This document shows, piece after piece, positions 39,159 to 48,907 of a stretch of 64,000 nt of DNA; position 1 is the stretch's first letter, and each line of letters begins with the position of its first letter. The position numbers and the translations under genes are program-made. Source of the stretch: an uncultured Thermotogaceae bacterium (GTDB lineage Bacteria > Thermotogota > Thermotogae > MWEM01); the NCBI GenBank assembly GCA_964462525.1, contig CAYWWY010000007.1, positions 19,963 to 83,962 on the forward strand, read 5' to 3'. The notes under the pieces are model-generated. The model searched no databases. It saw nothing but the letters and a program-made list of their open reading frames with translations, and was not told where the DNA came from.

Positions 39159-39923
39159 TTATGAGTAATCCACCTTGAGCTCTTTTTCCAAGTCATTGAT
39201 TCTTGCTTCGAGCTTTTTTGTGTTCGAGCCAATCTCCTCCAAAGAATTTACTTGGAGGATTTGTTCAAGGAACTGAACGGTTTTTTGGGGATAAGCCCGA
39301 TACGCGTATCGTAGGCCAAAATCTGCCTGCCTTGGCCGATACTTCAAATTCAATAAAATGGCGTAGTTTCTCGAAATGAGTTGATAATAAAAGAGGAAAG
39401 CCTCGGCAAACCGATCTCGGGCGATCGCCTTATTGATCTCGAGAATAACCACAAAGGCGCTTCCGATTGCGGAAAGAAACATCCGCTTGCCCATCTGATC
39501 CGATTTCTCTTTGGGCGTTGGAGAAAAATCCAGAATGCCTGTTCGGTCAAACCAGACCAATGGCATACCGTGACGATCTGATTCGGTAAATCTCTGAGGG
39601 TTTGATTTTCTTACATAACAAAGATCCAAGTAAAACAGATCGTGCGTGTTCTGAAGCTGATAGAAGCACTGCGAGAACCCGTGCCAAGCCGGTTCGGGAA
39701 CCCGATACTTACGATTAACCCCAAAATGCTTTTCAAGAATTGATTCCACTTTTTCGAACAAAAGATCGACTGCATCATCATCGCATAAAATCAAAAGGTC
39801 CAGATCGGATAACGGATCCAAATATCCCGTTGCCGACGATCCCCCTTCCCAAACAGCATCAACGGATTCTTCTGCCCAAAGGATGGGTTGTAACACTTCT
39901 TGAAGTGTTTCTTTGGTGACCAT
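39159..39923 (-). CDS. Nucleotidyltransferase domain protein (Pol-beta superfamily)
   Basis: EGGSSATG..D.LSDLDL; start at ATG behind GAAGGGAG. Confidence 0.8.
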   Translation of the reverse strand: MVTKETLQEVLQPILWAEESVDAVWEGGSSATGYLDPLSDLDLLILCDDDAVDLLFEKVESILEKHFGVNRKYRVPEPAWHGFSQCFYQLQNTHDLFYLDLCYVRKSNPQRFTESDRHGMPLVWFDRTGILDFSPTPKEKSDQMGKRMFLSAIGSAFVVILEINKAIARDRFAEAFLFYYQLISRNYAILLNLKYRPRQADFGLRYAYRAYPQKTVQFLEQILQVNSLEEIGSNTKKLEARINDLEKELKVDYS

Positions 39924-40174
39924 AAGACTCCCTTCTCCGAATTGGTTTATTGCCATTATGTTTGCTTGCAATCCGACTGGTCCTATTGAGATATATTCCT
40001 CAAATGGGCGGGTTATTCGCGATAGACGTACTGTAATACCATAGACCCTTGGATTTTCCCCTCCCCTTCGTTTGTGACTAATACTTCCGGTCGCCTCCTT
40101 CATTCCTATTATAGATAATTATATAACGGCATTATATCACGGAAAGGCGGGGTTTTCTTACCAAGTTTCGATAA

Positions 40175-40227
40175 TTATTGGCATTTGACAATAACGATGA
40201 TTCGTGATATAATTGGCATAAGCTAAT
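40175..40227 (+). promoter_or_regulatory. Consensus sigma70 promoter overlapped by two imperfect palindromes
   Basis: TTGACA(40185)-N17-TATAAT(40208); TTATTGGCATTTGACAATAA and ATTGGCATAAGCTAAT. Confidence 0.75.
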
Positions 40228-40243
40228 AAAGGAGGTGGCGATT

Positions 40244-40525
40244 ATGCCAAGATTCAATGGTACAGGCCCCTTAGGATATGGACCTGCTACAGGTCGTGGA
40301 ATGGGTTACTGCACAGGATTCCGTGGATGGGGTCGTGGAATGGGGCGTGGGTTTGGTGCGTTCGGGCAATTCCGAGGTCCAATGAATGCAGCCTACTTTC
40401 CGCAAACTACGCCAACGGTTTCTAAAGAAGAACAACTACAGATGATGGAAACGGAGATCAACGCCCAAGAAGCGGTTTTGGACAGCATGAGAAAACAGGT
40501 CGAGCAATTGCGTAATGAATCGTAA
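40244..40525 (+). CDS. DUF5320 domain-containing protein
   Basis: MP.F.GTGP.G.GP.TGRG.G.C, Gly/Arg-rich middle, C-terminal coiled coil. Confidence 0.88.
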   Translation: MPRFNGTGPLGYGPATGRGMGYCTGFRGWGRGMGRGFGAFGQFRGPMNAAYFPQTTPTVSKEEQLQMMETEINAQEAVLDSMRKQVEQLRNES

Positions 40526-41408
40526 GGCTTGCTCAATCGCGATAAGCAGCGGAAAGGGTGGGGCCGGAAAAACCACCCTTTCCGTCCATCTGGCTGACTT
40601 CTGGCACGCTCAAAAGCTACCTGTGGCTCTTGTGGATGCGGATGTCGAAGAACCAAACGATGCGCTTTTCTTCTCCTTCGCCCGGAACGAATCACACCCG
40701 TCCTTTCGCTCGGTTGCAAAATGGGATGAATCTCTATGCGCGCATTGCCTTCGGTGCAAAGGAACCTGTGCATTCAACGCTTTGCTGGCAAGCCATCAAA
40801 AGGTCGTCGTGTATGATACGCTCTGTCATGGGTGCGGCGTGTGTGTACACCTTTGTCCTCATAAGGCTTTATTGATGAGTCCATTACAAATCGGCTCCAT
40901 AACCGATGGAATGACTACAAATGGTCTCCGGGTAGTGAGTGGAACTCTGGATGTGGGTCAGGAACTTGCAGCTCCCCTTGTGCACAATACGGTAACATTC
41001 GCTCAAGAACACATTTCGGAGGAAACCATCCTTCTATTGGATACAGCCCCTGGAGTATCTTGCTCTTTCGTGGCAGCTGTGGAATCTGTGGATGCAGTCA
41101 TTTTGATCGCTGAACCCACCCGATTTGGTCGGTTTGATCTTGAACTGGCAGTCCAAGCGCTAACGAAACTGGAGAGGCCTTTTGGAGTCGTAATCAACAA
41201 GTATGAACCGGGTTTGGATTGCATCCATGATTATTGCTCCTCCCAATCGATCCCAATCTTGGGATGCATCCACCAGGATACGGATATTGCTCGGGCTTTA
41301 TCCGAAGGATCCATTATCTGGAAGGATTTTCCTATGCTAAGCAAAGCCTTGGAATCGATCACAAATCAGGTATTGGACCGTAAAAGAAAGCAGGTGCTGC
41401 TAAGATGA
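40515..41408 (+). CDS. MinD/ParA-superfamily P-loop ATPase with inserted 4Fe-4S ferredoxin domain
   Basis: SGKGGAGKTT, DADVEEPN, two CxxCxxCxxxC motifs, D.APG.SC. Confidence 0.9.
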   Translation: MNRKACSIAISSGKGGAGKTTLSVHLADFWHAQKLPVALVDADVEEPNDALFFSFARNESHPSFRSVAKWDESLCAHCLRCKGTCAFNALLASHQKVVVYDTLCHGCGVCVHLCPHKALLMSPLQIGSITDGMTTNGLRVVSGTLDVGQELAAPLVHNTVTFAQEHISEETILLLDTAPGVSCSFVAAVESVDAVILIAEPTRFGRFDLELAVQALTKLERPFGVVINKYEPGLDCIHDYCSSQSIPILGCIHQDTDIARALSEGSIIWKDFPMLSKALESITNQVLDRKRKQVLLR

Positions 41409-42265
41409 AGGAGATCACAGTCCTCTCGGGAAAAGGGGGAACAGGGAAAACTTCTCTAACGGCCGCGTTTGCTCAAATTTTTTCCGATCAGATTGTCTTG
41501 TGTGATGCCGATGTAGATGCACCTGACCTTCATTTGCTAATGAATCCGTCCGTTCTTTCCCAGCAAGAATTTGTTTGCGGCAGCCAAGCAAGGATCGATC
41601 CGGGTTTGTGCGATGGCTGCGGTAGATGTTCGGAAGCGTGCGCCTTTCGCGCGATTGGCATGGAGCAAGGAAAGGCGCGCATTCGTCTCAATCGATGTGA
41701 GGGTTGTGGATTATGCATGCTCATTTGCCCACAAAAAGCAATAACCCTACAGCCCCATTCTGTTGGCTATTGGGCCATATCAAAAACTCGCTTCGGCTCT
41801 TCTTTTTGCCATGCACAATTGGATCCGGGTTCAGAGAATTCGGGAAAACTGGTGACTCAGGTTAAAAAAGAATCCCGGGTGCTGGCGAAACGGGAAGCGA
41901 AACCCTTTTTGTTGGTTGATGGTCCTCCAGGCATCGGGTGTCCGACCATTGCCTCACTGACAGGCGCTAACCATGTTCTTATTGTTACAGAACCGACTCG
42001 ATCCGCGATCCATGATCTAGACCGATTGGTGAAATTGGTGCGCAACATGAATCTGCCAATGAGCTGTGTGATCAACCGATCGACGATCAATCCATCGCTG
42101 ACCCTAGATATTCAGGAGTACTTGGAAGTTCGTTCGATAAAACATTCATCAACCATTCCGTATGACCCTCTTTTTGTCTCAGCATTGAATGAAGGAAAGA
42201 CCATCATCGAAGTTAGTCAGAAATACCAAACTATTATCAAACGGATCGGAGAGGATTGGATATGA
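41405..42265 (+). CDS. MinD/ParA-superfamily P-loop ATPase with inserted 4Fe-4S ferredoxin domain
   Basis: SGKGGTGKTS, DADVDA, two Cys motifs, NSGKLV, DGPPGIGCP. Confidence 0.9.
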   Translation: MKEITVLSGKGGTGKTSLTAAFAQIFSDQIVLCDADVDAPDLHLLMNPSVLSQQEFVCGSQARIDPGLCDGCGRCSEACAFRAIGMEQGKARIRLNRCEGCGLCMLICPQKAITLQPHSVGYWAISKTRFGSSFCHAQLDPGSENSGKLVTQVKKESRVLAKREAKPFLLVDGPPGIGCPTIASLTGANHVLIVTEPTRSAIHDLDRLVKLVRNMNLPMSCVINRSTINPSLTLDIQEYLEVRSIKHSSTIPYDPLFVSALNEGKTIIEVSQKYQTIIKRIGEDWI

Positions 42266-42642
42266 CCATTGCATTTCCAACAACCGGGTGTAGGTGGGAC
42301 GCTAATTTGGATGAGCAGTTCGGTAGGTGCGCTTATATCGGTATTTATAATGAATCCGAGGATCAGTTTGTCTGGATCGAGAATGGTTCTGGACAAGAAA
42401 CCGCTTCGGGCGCTGGGGTACAGACCGCGCAAAAGGTCATCGATCATGGGGCAAGTGTCCTGATTGCCCATACTGTTGGGCCCAAAGCAGTACGAGCTTT
42501 GGAAGACCATGGCATCAGCATATGTTGTACCCACAAAGCTGTAACAGTACAAGAAGCATACCACCAATGGAAAGCCAGTCAGAAAGGGCACGGAATAGAA
42601 AAAAACCAAAAAACCCAAAAGAATCAGGGAGGATCAATATGA
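42262..42642 (+). CDS. NifB/NifX family cluster-binding (orange-protein-like) protein
   Basis: FGRC, GAGVQ.A, VGPKA...L. Confidence 0.85.
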   Translation: MTIAFPTTGCRWDANLDEQFGRCAYIGIYNESEDQFVWIENGSGQETASGAGVQTAQKVIDHGASVLIAHTVGPKAVRALEDHGISICCTHKAVTVQEAYHQWKASQKGHGIEKNQKTQKNQGGSI

Positions 42643-42971
42643 TGATTGCGATTCCCACAGTGGATGGAAAAGTATCCGCTCATTTTGGCCATTGTAGCAC
42701 TTATCGGATGTACGTAGTCGAAGATTGCTCAATCAAGGAAATGATTGAAAAAGAGGGGCCGGAACATGAACCCGGTGTAATTCCAAGATGGCTTAAATCA
42801 GAAGGTGTTGATGTGGTCATTACAGGAGGGGTAGGACAAAAAGCCATCCGGCTTTTCGAGTCTTTGGGTATTCAAACTGTCGTGGGCGTATCCCCACGAG
42901 AAACAGATGAGGTGGTGCAGGAATACCTTGCAGGAAGCCTTACAAGCGATTCTAACCTTTGTGACCACTGA
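42639..42971 (+). CDS. NifB/NifX family cluster-binding protein
   Basis: HFGHC, HEPG.IP..L, GG.G.KA, C-terminal N.CDH. Confidence 0.88.
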   Translation: MMIAIPTVDGKVSAHFGHCSTYRMYVVEDCSIKEMIEKEGPEHEPGVIPRWLKSEGVDVVITGGVGQKAIRLFESLGIQTVVGVSPRETDEVVQEYLAGSLTSDSNLCDH

Positions 42972-42982
42972 GGATTCAGTAT

Positions 42983-43273
42983 ATGCCACGTCCTCATAAA
43001 GCCCGAAGAGTAGAAGGAGTTCCCCTTGCTTTTGCCTTTAAACCAGCGGGGCGAAAAGGGAGAACCCTTGAGCATGTGGAACTGAGCTTGGATGAATGGG
43101 AGGCCATTCGTTTGGCGGATTATCATTCGCTCTATCACGAGGATGCGGCGCAACGGATGCAAGTTTCTCGTCAGACATTTGGAAACATTGTTACATCCGC
43201 TCGAAACAAGATCGCCCAAGCATTGGTAGAAGGAAAGATGCTGGTGATCCATAATCGATTACCTGGGGGATAA
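42983..43273 (+). CDS. DUF134 (UPF0251) DNA-binding protein
   Basis: MPRP.K.RRV, DE.EAIRLAD, AA..M.VSRQTF, AR.KIA.ALV.GK. Confidence 0.9.
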   Translation: MPRPHKARRVEGVPLAFAFKPAGRKGRTLEHVELSLDEWEAIRLADYHSLYHEDAAQRMQVSRQTFGNIVTSARNKIAQALVEGKMLVIHNRLPGG

Positions 43274-43467
43274 TCCAAGATATTGCCTTCCGGGATCCTC
43301 TGTATGGATCGCTGAACGGTTCTGACCCTGGGGTAGAATTACCCGAAACCAAATAGTTGTTTGGCTTTTTTGTGTTGCAGATCTCCTGTCGAGTCAAGTA
43401 GGAAATTTCGGTAGAAGAGCGTTCGGGTTAAAAAGGGACAACAAAAAAATGGACAAGGGGGAGTCCG

Positions 43468-44190
43468 ATGAAGTGTATGGTGATCAACTGTAGCCCGTCA
43501 ATGGAAAAGGGAAACACCCATTATGTACTGATGCCTTTTATCAAAGGGATGGAAAAAGCAGGAGCAGAGATCGAACTGTTATTTTCTAGCCAACTTTCAA
43601 TTAAACCCTGTTCATGTGGAATCATGCATTGTTGGTATAGGAAACCTGGTATATGCTATATCCAAGATGACGATATGAAGGGATTGTATCCAAAGCTAGC
43701 CGATTCGGATCTTCTCGTCTGGGCAACGCCTGTCTATGCTCCGATCCCTGGTGAAATGCAACACCTGCTTAACCGACTGTGTCCCTTGCTCATTCCGGAT
43801 TTGCGCAATAGAGACGGACGAACCCGCAGTCGGTTTCGAACCCACGTTCGAATTCAACGAATTGCGTTAGTCACAACCGGAGGGTGGTGGGAAAAGGAAA
43901 ACGCGAATAATGTGGTTCAAATTATGAAAGAAACGGCCGCCAACGCGGGCGTTCCGTTTGCCGGGGCTGCGATCCGGCCCCACGCTCACTTGATCCGATC
44001 TTCACAGATTTCAGCAACCCCTGAAGCGCGATCTGTGATCGATGCATTGGAAGAAGCGGGATTCCAACTGGTTCGTGAAGGGTTTATGATCAATAAAACC
44101 TTGGAGGCCATCAGCCAACCGTTGATCTCCGAAGAGGATTTGAGAGCCCTATACAACCAGTGGGTGGAATCTGAAAAAACCATGCAATAA
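43468..44190 (+). CDS. Flavodoxin family (iron-sulfur flavoprotein / FMN reductase-like) protein
   Basis: INCSP...GNT, PC.C....CW....C...DD, ATPVY. Confidence 0.85.
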   Translation: MKCMVINCSPSMEKGNTHYVLMPFIKGMEKAGAEIELLFSSQLSIKPCSCGIMHCWYRKPGICYIQDDDMKGLYPKLADSDLLVWATPVYAPIPGEMQHLLNRLCPLLIPDLRNRDGRTRSRFRTHVRIQRIALVTTGGWWEKENANNVVQIMKETAANAGVPFAGAAIRPHAHLIRSSQISATPEARSVIDALEEAGFQLVREGFMINKTLEAISQPLISEEDLRALYNQWVESEKTMQ

Positions 44191-44207
44191 TGTTAGGAGG
44201 TAGATCA

Positions 44208-44618
44208 ATGGAACAGAATACGGATTGCCAGAAAGCCATATATTGCGCTTTTCTCGGAAAAGCCGCAAATGCGCAGATTGCAAAAAGCAAAAAAGCCAAT
44301 ATGGTCGATTGTCCTTATGTCACCTATTATGAACCCCAGGGAGACCAGATTTACGCATTCTTTACGATTCCAGAAAACCATCGATGGTGGTTGTCCATGT
44401 TGGAAGAGCAACCTGAATTGCTGGGATTGGAAGCCGTTCGCGTTGGATTTATGGATCCTCTGATCCATAAAGGTCCCTCCAGTCCGTGGTCACGGGGAGA
44501 AACAAAACCGGTAATGGATCGCACTCCATGTGATTGTTTCTGTCCAGAGTGTGGTCAATATCAAAAGAACTGTGAAGGATGCCCAGCGACCAAAGCGTAT
44601 TCTGTCCGATTAGAATAA
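44208..44618 (+). CDS. Cys-rich hypothetical protein
   Basis: AGGAGG RBS; C-terminal PCDCFCPECGQYQKNCEGCP. Confidence 0.7.
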   Translation: MEQNTDCQKAIYCAFLGKAANAQIAKSKKANMVDCPYVTYYEPQGDQIYAFFTIPENHRWWLSMLEEQPELLGLEAVRVGFMDPLIHKGPSSPWSRGETKPVMDRTPCDCFCPECGQYQKNCEGCPATKAYSVRLE

Positions 44619-44676
44619 AAGGGCAGGTTGGAAAGCCTCCTTCTGGAAAACTCATGACGGTCGTACCCCCCCAAAA

Positions 44677-44715
44677 AAATCTCCACGAAATCTTCACATT
44701 CCTTTTTGTATACTA
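44677..44715 (+). promoter_or_regulatory. 11-bp-period direct repeat before a -10 box (candidate OmpR-family binding site)
   Basis: AAATCTCCACG AAATCTTCACA followed by TATACT. Confidence 0.45.
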
Positions 44716-44749
44716 CACACGAATCAACCCAAAAAAGGAGGGGTACATC

Positions 44750-45613
44750 ATGAAAAAGGTAGGTAGTGTTATTCTGGTAGGTCTATGTTTGATCAGTTTG
44801 GGATTTGCGTTTCCACTTCAAGCGCAGGAAACCCTCAAGACGGAATTCCAGTTTCATCTAGCAGAACTGATCCAGTCAGGAGGATTCTCCCAAGACCAGC
44901 TCTCACGGGTTTATACAACCGCTCTTTCCACTCGAGAGAAAATGGATGCGCTGATCGAGAAAGGACAGGAGCTCCATCAGCGGGCTCTGGAAATGATGAT
45001 CAAAGGAGAAACCGAGGAAGCCTATGCCATGCGCGCTGAAGCTACCCACCAGCTCAAAGCAATCCAAGATCACTTGTCCGATTTCAACTCGGAGCTCCAA
45101 GAGATCATCACGATCAAGAACCTGATCCAGTTGATTCAGCATGGATGGGAAAAACTGGGCATCCTTCGCGACCATTGGGCTCCTCATGCAAGCCCCAAGC
45201 CAGTCACTCCCCCAGATCGAGGAACTGCTCCGCAGGCTGATGTTCGCGTACTTCTCCCGCAAACCGCGACCAACATGCAAACTCAAAGCGGCCGGATCAC
45301 GCATAGGGCCTCAACTCCTTCGATCCCGGTCAAAATCGAAATCCCCGAAGAAGCACGAGCGATCCTTGAAAAGCATGGTCATGTAGCCGTTTATTCCGAT
45401 CCTGAGATTCAGCATCAGAGGGAAGCGCTCAAGCAATCCATCGAAGATCAAAACCAAGCTAGAACAGCAATGATGACTCGGCGCGGGGCGGCAAAACGAG
45501 TTGGGATCAATTCATCACTCATCCAGGCAGCACCCAAAATCCTGCAGGCGATCCCCGCGGTTTTACTAACCGACTCAGCCCTCGAAGTTCTTAAAATGTT
45601 TGCCCTCCGATAA
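44750..45613 (+). CDS. Exported helical hypothetical protein
   Basis: AAGGAGG RBS, signal peptide MKKVGSVILVGLCLISLGFA, coiled-coil N-terminal half, Pro-rich linker. Confidence 0.7.
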   Translation: MKKVGSVILVGLCLISLGFAFPLQAQETLKTEFQFHLAELIQSGGFSQDQLSRVYTTALSTREKMDALIEKGQELHQRALEMMIKGETEEAYAMRAEATHQLKAIQDHLSDFNSELQEIITIKNLIQLIQHGWEKLGILRDHWAPHASPKPVTPPDRGTAPQADVRVLLPQTATNMQTQSGRITHRASTPSIPVKIEIPEEARAILEKHGHVAVYSDPEIQHQREALKQSIEDQNQARTAMMTRRGAAKRVGINSSLIQAAPKILQAIPAVLLTDSALEVLKMFALR

Positions 45614-45639
45614 GGGGCAAGACCCGATCAAATTTGCCA

Positions 45640-45671
45640 AAAGCCTGGCCAGCCCCAACTGGCCAGGCTTT
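45640..45671 (+). terminator. Stem-loop, probable terminator/attenuator
   Basis: AAAGCCTGGCCAG-N6-CTGGCCAGGCTTT. Confidence 0.65.
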
Positions 45672-45721
45672 ATGATATAATGAATCCGATCAATTTGGAT
45701 GCAAGAGGTGAGGCAGGGCTT

Positions 45722-46396
45722 ATGAAAGTGTTGTTGGTTGAAGACGAAATCGACTTAGGAAAACTGATCACAGAAATCCTTCAAGACGCCATGTTCGTTG
45801 TTACATACACCCCTGACGGCGAAGAGGGTTTATACTTGGCGCTCAATTATTCCTACGACCTGATTATCCTCGATTTGATGTTGCCAAACCGCGACGGGCT
45901 GTCAATTCTCGATGAGATTCGAGATCATCGGATTTCAACCCCAGTGTTGATCTTAACGGCTATGGGCGATATCGAACATCGGGTGCAAGGACTGAACTTA
46001 GGAGCGGATGATTATTTGGCCAAACCGTTCGATTTTCGAGAGCTGATTGCGCGTTGTCAGGCTCTTGTTCGACGAAAAGAGCACCTGGCAAGGCGAACAA
46101 ACATTCTTCGATGCGGGGATTTGGAACTCAACATGTACGACAAAACAGTCTTCCTAGGAAAAAAGGGAATTGACCTGACCCGGAAAGAATTCCAAATTTT
46201 GGAGTTTTTGATGCTGCATCCGGGAAAAGCTGTTTCCAAAAGGGAATTGGAAGAACACCTGTGGGATGATGAGGAAGAATTATGGTCCGATGTTCTGAGA
46301 AGCCATATCAAAAATATCCGGAAAAAACTGGGCCAAGGGTCTGGAACACCATCCATCCGCACGGTTCGAGGGGTAGGTTATGTACTCAGTCCTTGA
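45722..46396 (+). CDS. OmpR/PhoB family response regulator
   Basis: LLVEDE, ILDLMLP, GADDYL.KPF, IRTVRGVGY. Confidence 0.93.
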   Translation: MKVLLVEDEIDLGKLITEILQDAMFVVTYTPDGEEGLYLALNYSYDLIILDLMLPNRDGLSILDEIRDHRISTPVLILTAMGDIEHRVQGLNLGADDYLAKPFDFRELIARCQALVRRKEHLARRTNILRCGDLELNMYDKTVFLGKKGIDLTRKEFQILEFLMLHPGKAVSKRELEEHLWDDEEELWSDVLRSHIKNIRKKLGQGSGTPSIRTVRGVGYVLSP

Positions 46397-47678
46397 TGAA
46401 CGGACTGCATTTCGTAAAGCAAGAAGAAAACTGGGATACCTGTACCTGGCAACCATTGTTTGCATTGTCGTGTTGGCAGAAATCCTCATTTTTCCCTTTG
46501 CCTACCGGATCATTACCGAACGATTTGATACGCAACTCATCCAGTTTGTTCAACACATCGCCAACCGGCTTGTTTCCGTTCTTGAAACCCATCCCCAAGA
46601 ACGCTTGGGCGGCCTTCTTCTGCCCGAAATCTCTTTGCTTCAGCCGGAGCAGGAAATCTTTGTGATTTTGGATCGCCGTGGCCAAGCCATTGTACAATGG
46701 GGAATGGGTAGGCTTCAACAGTTTCCGGTAAGAGAAGGGATTATCGATTTACCCGTTGAGTTCATTGAAGAAACAGAGCAGGAAACCAAGGAGTTCCGGG
46801 TGTTGGTTCGCAACGTCCGAGGACCGCTCGGAGCAGCTCAATTCACATTTCTCATGGGGAAGGATTTAGCTGTGTTAACCCAACAGCACCAAATGCTCCT
46901 AATCGGGATGATCCTTTTGGGTTCAATTGTTGCAGCCATCGGTGGATTCGTGGGATTCTTCTTCTCATCATACGCGCTCAAACCCGTGGAAGAATCGACG
47001 CGTAAAATGCGGCAGTTTTCCCAAGACGCCTCTCATGAACTAAAAACGCCCCTTTCGATCATTCGAACAACCCTCGACCTTCTACTATCGAAGGAATCCC
47101 TCTCTGATACAGCTCAGGAAAAAGCGCATATTCTTCAGAAAGCCTATCGTCGAATCGAGCATACGGTTGATCAATTGACACGTTTGGCGCGAGAAGAGGG
47201 AAAAGAAGCAAAATCGCCTCTAAAAAAGCAGCCTGTGGATATCCAAAAGCTTATAACAGAAGTCCGGCAGGAGTTCACACCCTTGATCCAGGAAAAAGGA
47301 ATGCAAGTGCAAATTCAAAATGATCATTCACGAAACCTTGCTTCAAGCTACGCCGCTTTGAAGACGATTCTTTCAAATCTGCTGGATAATGCAATTAAGT
47401 ACGCCCCGCCCCACACAACCATCACGATCAGCGCCACTGCTCAGGAAGGGGTTTTTACTCTTTCTGTCCAAGATCAGGGACCCGGTATCCCGCTTGAAAA
47501 GCAAAAGCAGGTTTTCGAACGCTTCTATACCCAATCCAATCCCAATCATCATACTCCCGGCGCCGGGATCGGCCTTTCTATAGTCAAAGAAACGGCTGCT
47601 GCGATCGAGGGTCGAATCGAACTAATGTCTGTTGAAGGGGAGGGTAGTACTTTTTCGCTCCGAATCAGCCTTTCGTGA
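46380..47678 (+). CDS. Sensor histidine kinase
   Basis: Two TM helices, DASHELKTP H-box, NLLDNAIKY, DQGPGI, GIGLSIV. Confidence 0.93.
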   Translation: MYSVLDERTAFRKARRKLGYLYLATIVCIVVLAEILIFPFAYRIITERFDTQLIQFVQHIANRLVSVLETHPQERLGGLLLPEISLLQPEQEIFVILDRRGQAIVQWGMGRLQQFPVREGIIDLPVEFIEETEQETKEFRVLVRNVRGPLGAAQFTFLMGKDLAVLTQQHQMLLIGMILLGSIVAAIGGFVGFFFSSYALKPVEESTRKMRQFSQDASHELKTPLSIIRTTLDLLLSKESLSDTAQEKAHILQKAYRRIEHTVDQLTRLAREEGKEAKSPLKKQPVDIQKLITEVRQEFTPLIQEKGMQVQIQNDHSRNLASSYAALKTILSNLLDNAIKYAPPHTTITISATAQEGVFTLSVQDQGPGIPLEKQKQVFERFYTQSNPNHHTPGAGIGLSIVKETAAAIEGRIELMSVEGEGSTFSLRISLS

Positions 47679-47713
47679 AAAGATAGAAACAGTTTCCTCC
47701 GTTTCTTAGTGCC

Positions 47714-48868
47714 TTACTGATCCAAAAAACGAAAGTATTTTTGGATCCCTTTCAAGATCATCCGAGCCATCTCTTGCTGCCCCGAAGCCTGTCGTAGATG
47801 ATTCTCGACTTGCGGATTTGAAAGGAAATCACATTCGATCAAAATGGAAGGGACCGTTGGAAAGGCAAGCACAGCGAAATCGCCCCGACGGATCCCACGG
47901 TGGCGGTAGTTTGACTCTTCAAAGGCTTGGACCATCTGTTTCGCTGCAATTTCGCTATACTGTTGGGTGGTTTCTTTGTGATCGATCATGAAACGAAGTG
48001 TATCGTTCGAGGTAGGCAGATTATCGCCATGGAGTCTCTGCAAACGCGACCGATACCGCTGTTCGGTATAGTCGTAAAAGTATACTTCCATTCCCCGAAC
48101 CCGCGCATCTAAAAAGGAGTTCAGATGGACGCTCACAAAAAGATCCGCCTTTGCTTCGTTTGCGATCATCGCCCTTTCCTGCAATGAAATATACACATCT
48201 TCGGTCCGTGTCATTATGACTTCGAACCCGTTCTGTAGTAGGAACTGGCGTAAAGCGAGACAGATTCCTAAGGCCAGCGATGCTTCAGTACTTCCACCGG
48301 AACCAATCGCGCCAGGATCACGCCCTCCGTGACCGGGATCGATCACAATCAGGGGTTTTTGTCTGAGTCCGGGTTCCCAAAAATCGAGAAATTCCTGGTC
48401 TGCTTCAGAAACTCGCGATATGGGTGTGCCCCAATCCAACGGATTATGGTGTGAAGTGAGATCGGAGGGGAGTTGAGCCAGATCGATTCGCTGACCAGTG
48501 ATCACATAGGACAATCCAGTCAACTGACTAAACCCTTCCAATGGAATAAAAAAACGGTTTTGGAAAAGCCGGGGATAGGTATCCATCTCATGAAATCTCT
48601 GATCCATCCAAACAAAGGTCGAATGGTTGTAGAATAAGATCTCTGTTCCTTCAAAAAAAACTTTCAGTGTTTTGTTCTGATTATTCCACTCATACTCTGC
48701 TTCTAAGGCTTCCGCCAAAGTGACCGCGTGAATGAAAACTGTGTTTTCCACTTGAAAATACCGGTCAGAGGCAATTCTCTGACCGGAAAGAAATACTTCC
48801 AACCCACTTCCTGTAAGGATTGCAGTTCCGAAAACCACAATCATTAGAACGCCCCACCCTTTTTTCAT
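47714..48868 (-). CDS. N-acetylmuramoyl-L-alanine amidase with N-terminal copper-amine-oxidase-like/AMIN-type domain
   Basis: IDPGHGG.DPGA, FVSVHLN, SILIEC.FLSN; signal peptide. Confidence 0.9.
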   Translation of the reverse strand: MKKGWGVLMIVVFGTAILTGSGLEVFLSGQRIASDRYFQVENTVFIHAVTLAEALEAEYEWNNQNKTLKVFFEGTEILFYNHSTFVWMDQRFHEMDTYPRLFQNRFFIPLEGFSQLTGLSYVITGQRIDLAQLPSDLTSHHNPLDWGTPISRVSEADQEFLDFWEPGLRQKPLIVIDPGHGGRDPGAIGSGGSTEASLALGICLALRQFLLQNGFEVIMTRTEDVYISLQERAMIANEAKADLFVSVHLNSFLDARVRGMEVYFYDYTEQRYRSRLQRLHGDNLPTSNDTLRFMIDHKETTQQYSEIAAKQMVQAFEESNYRHRGIRRGDFAVLAFPTVPSILIECDFLSNPQVENHLRQASGQQEMARMILKGIQKYFRFLDQ

Positions 48869-48907
48869 ATCCTTCCCCCCCAATCGGCGCGAATCTAGGT
48901 GGCGGTG

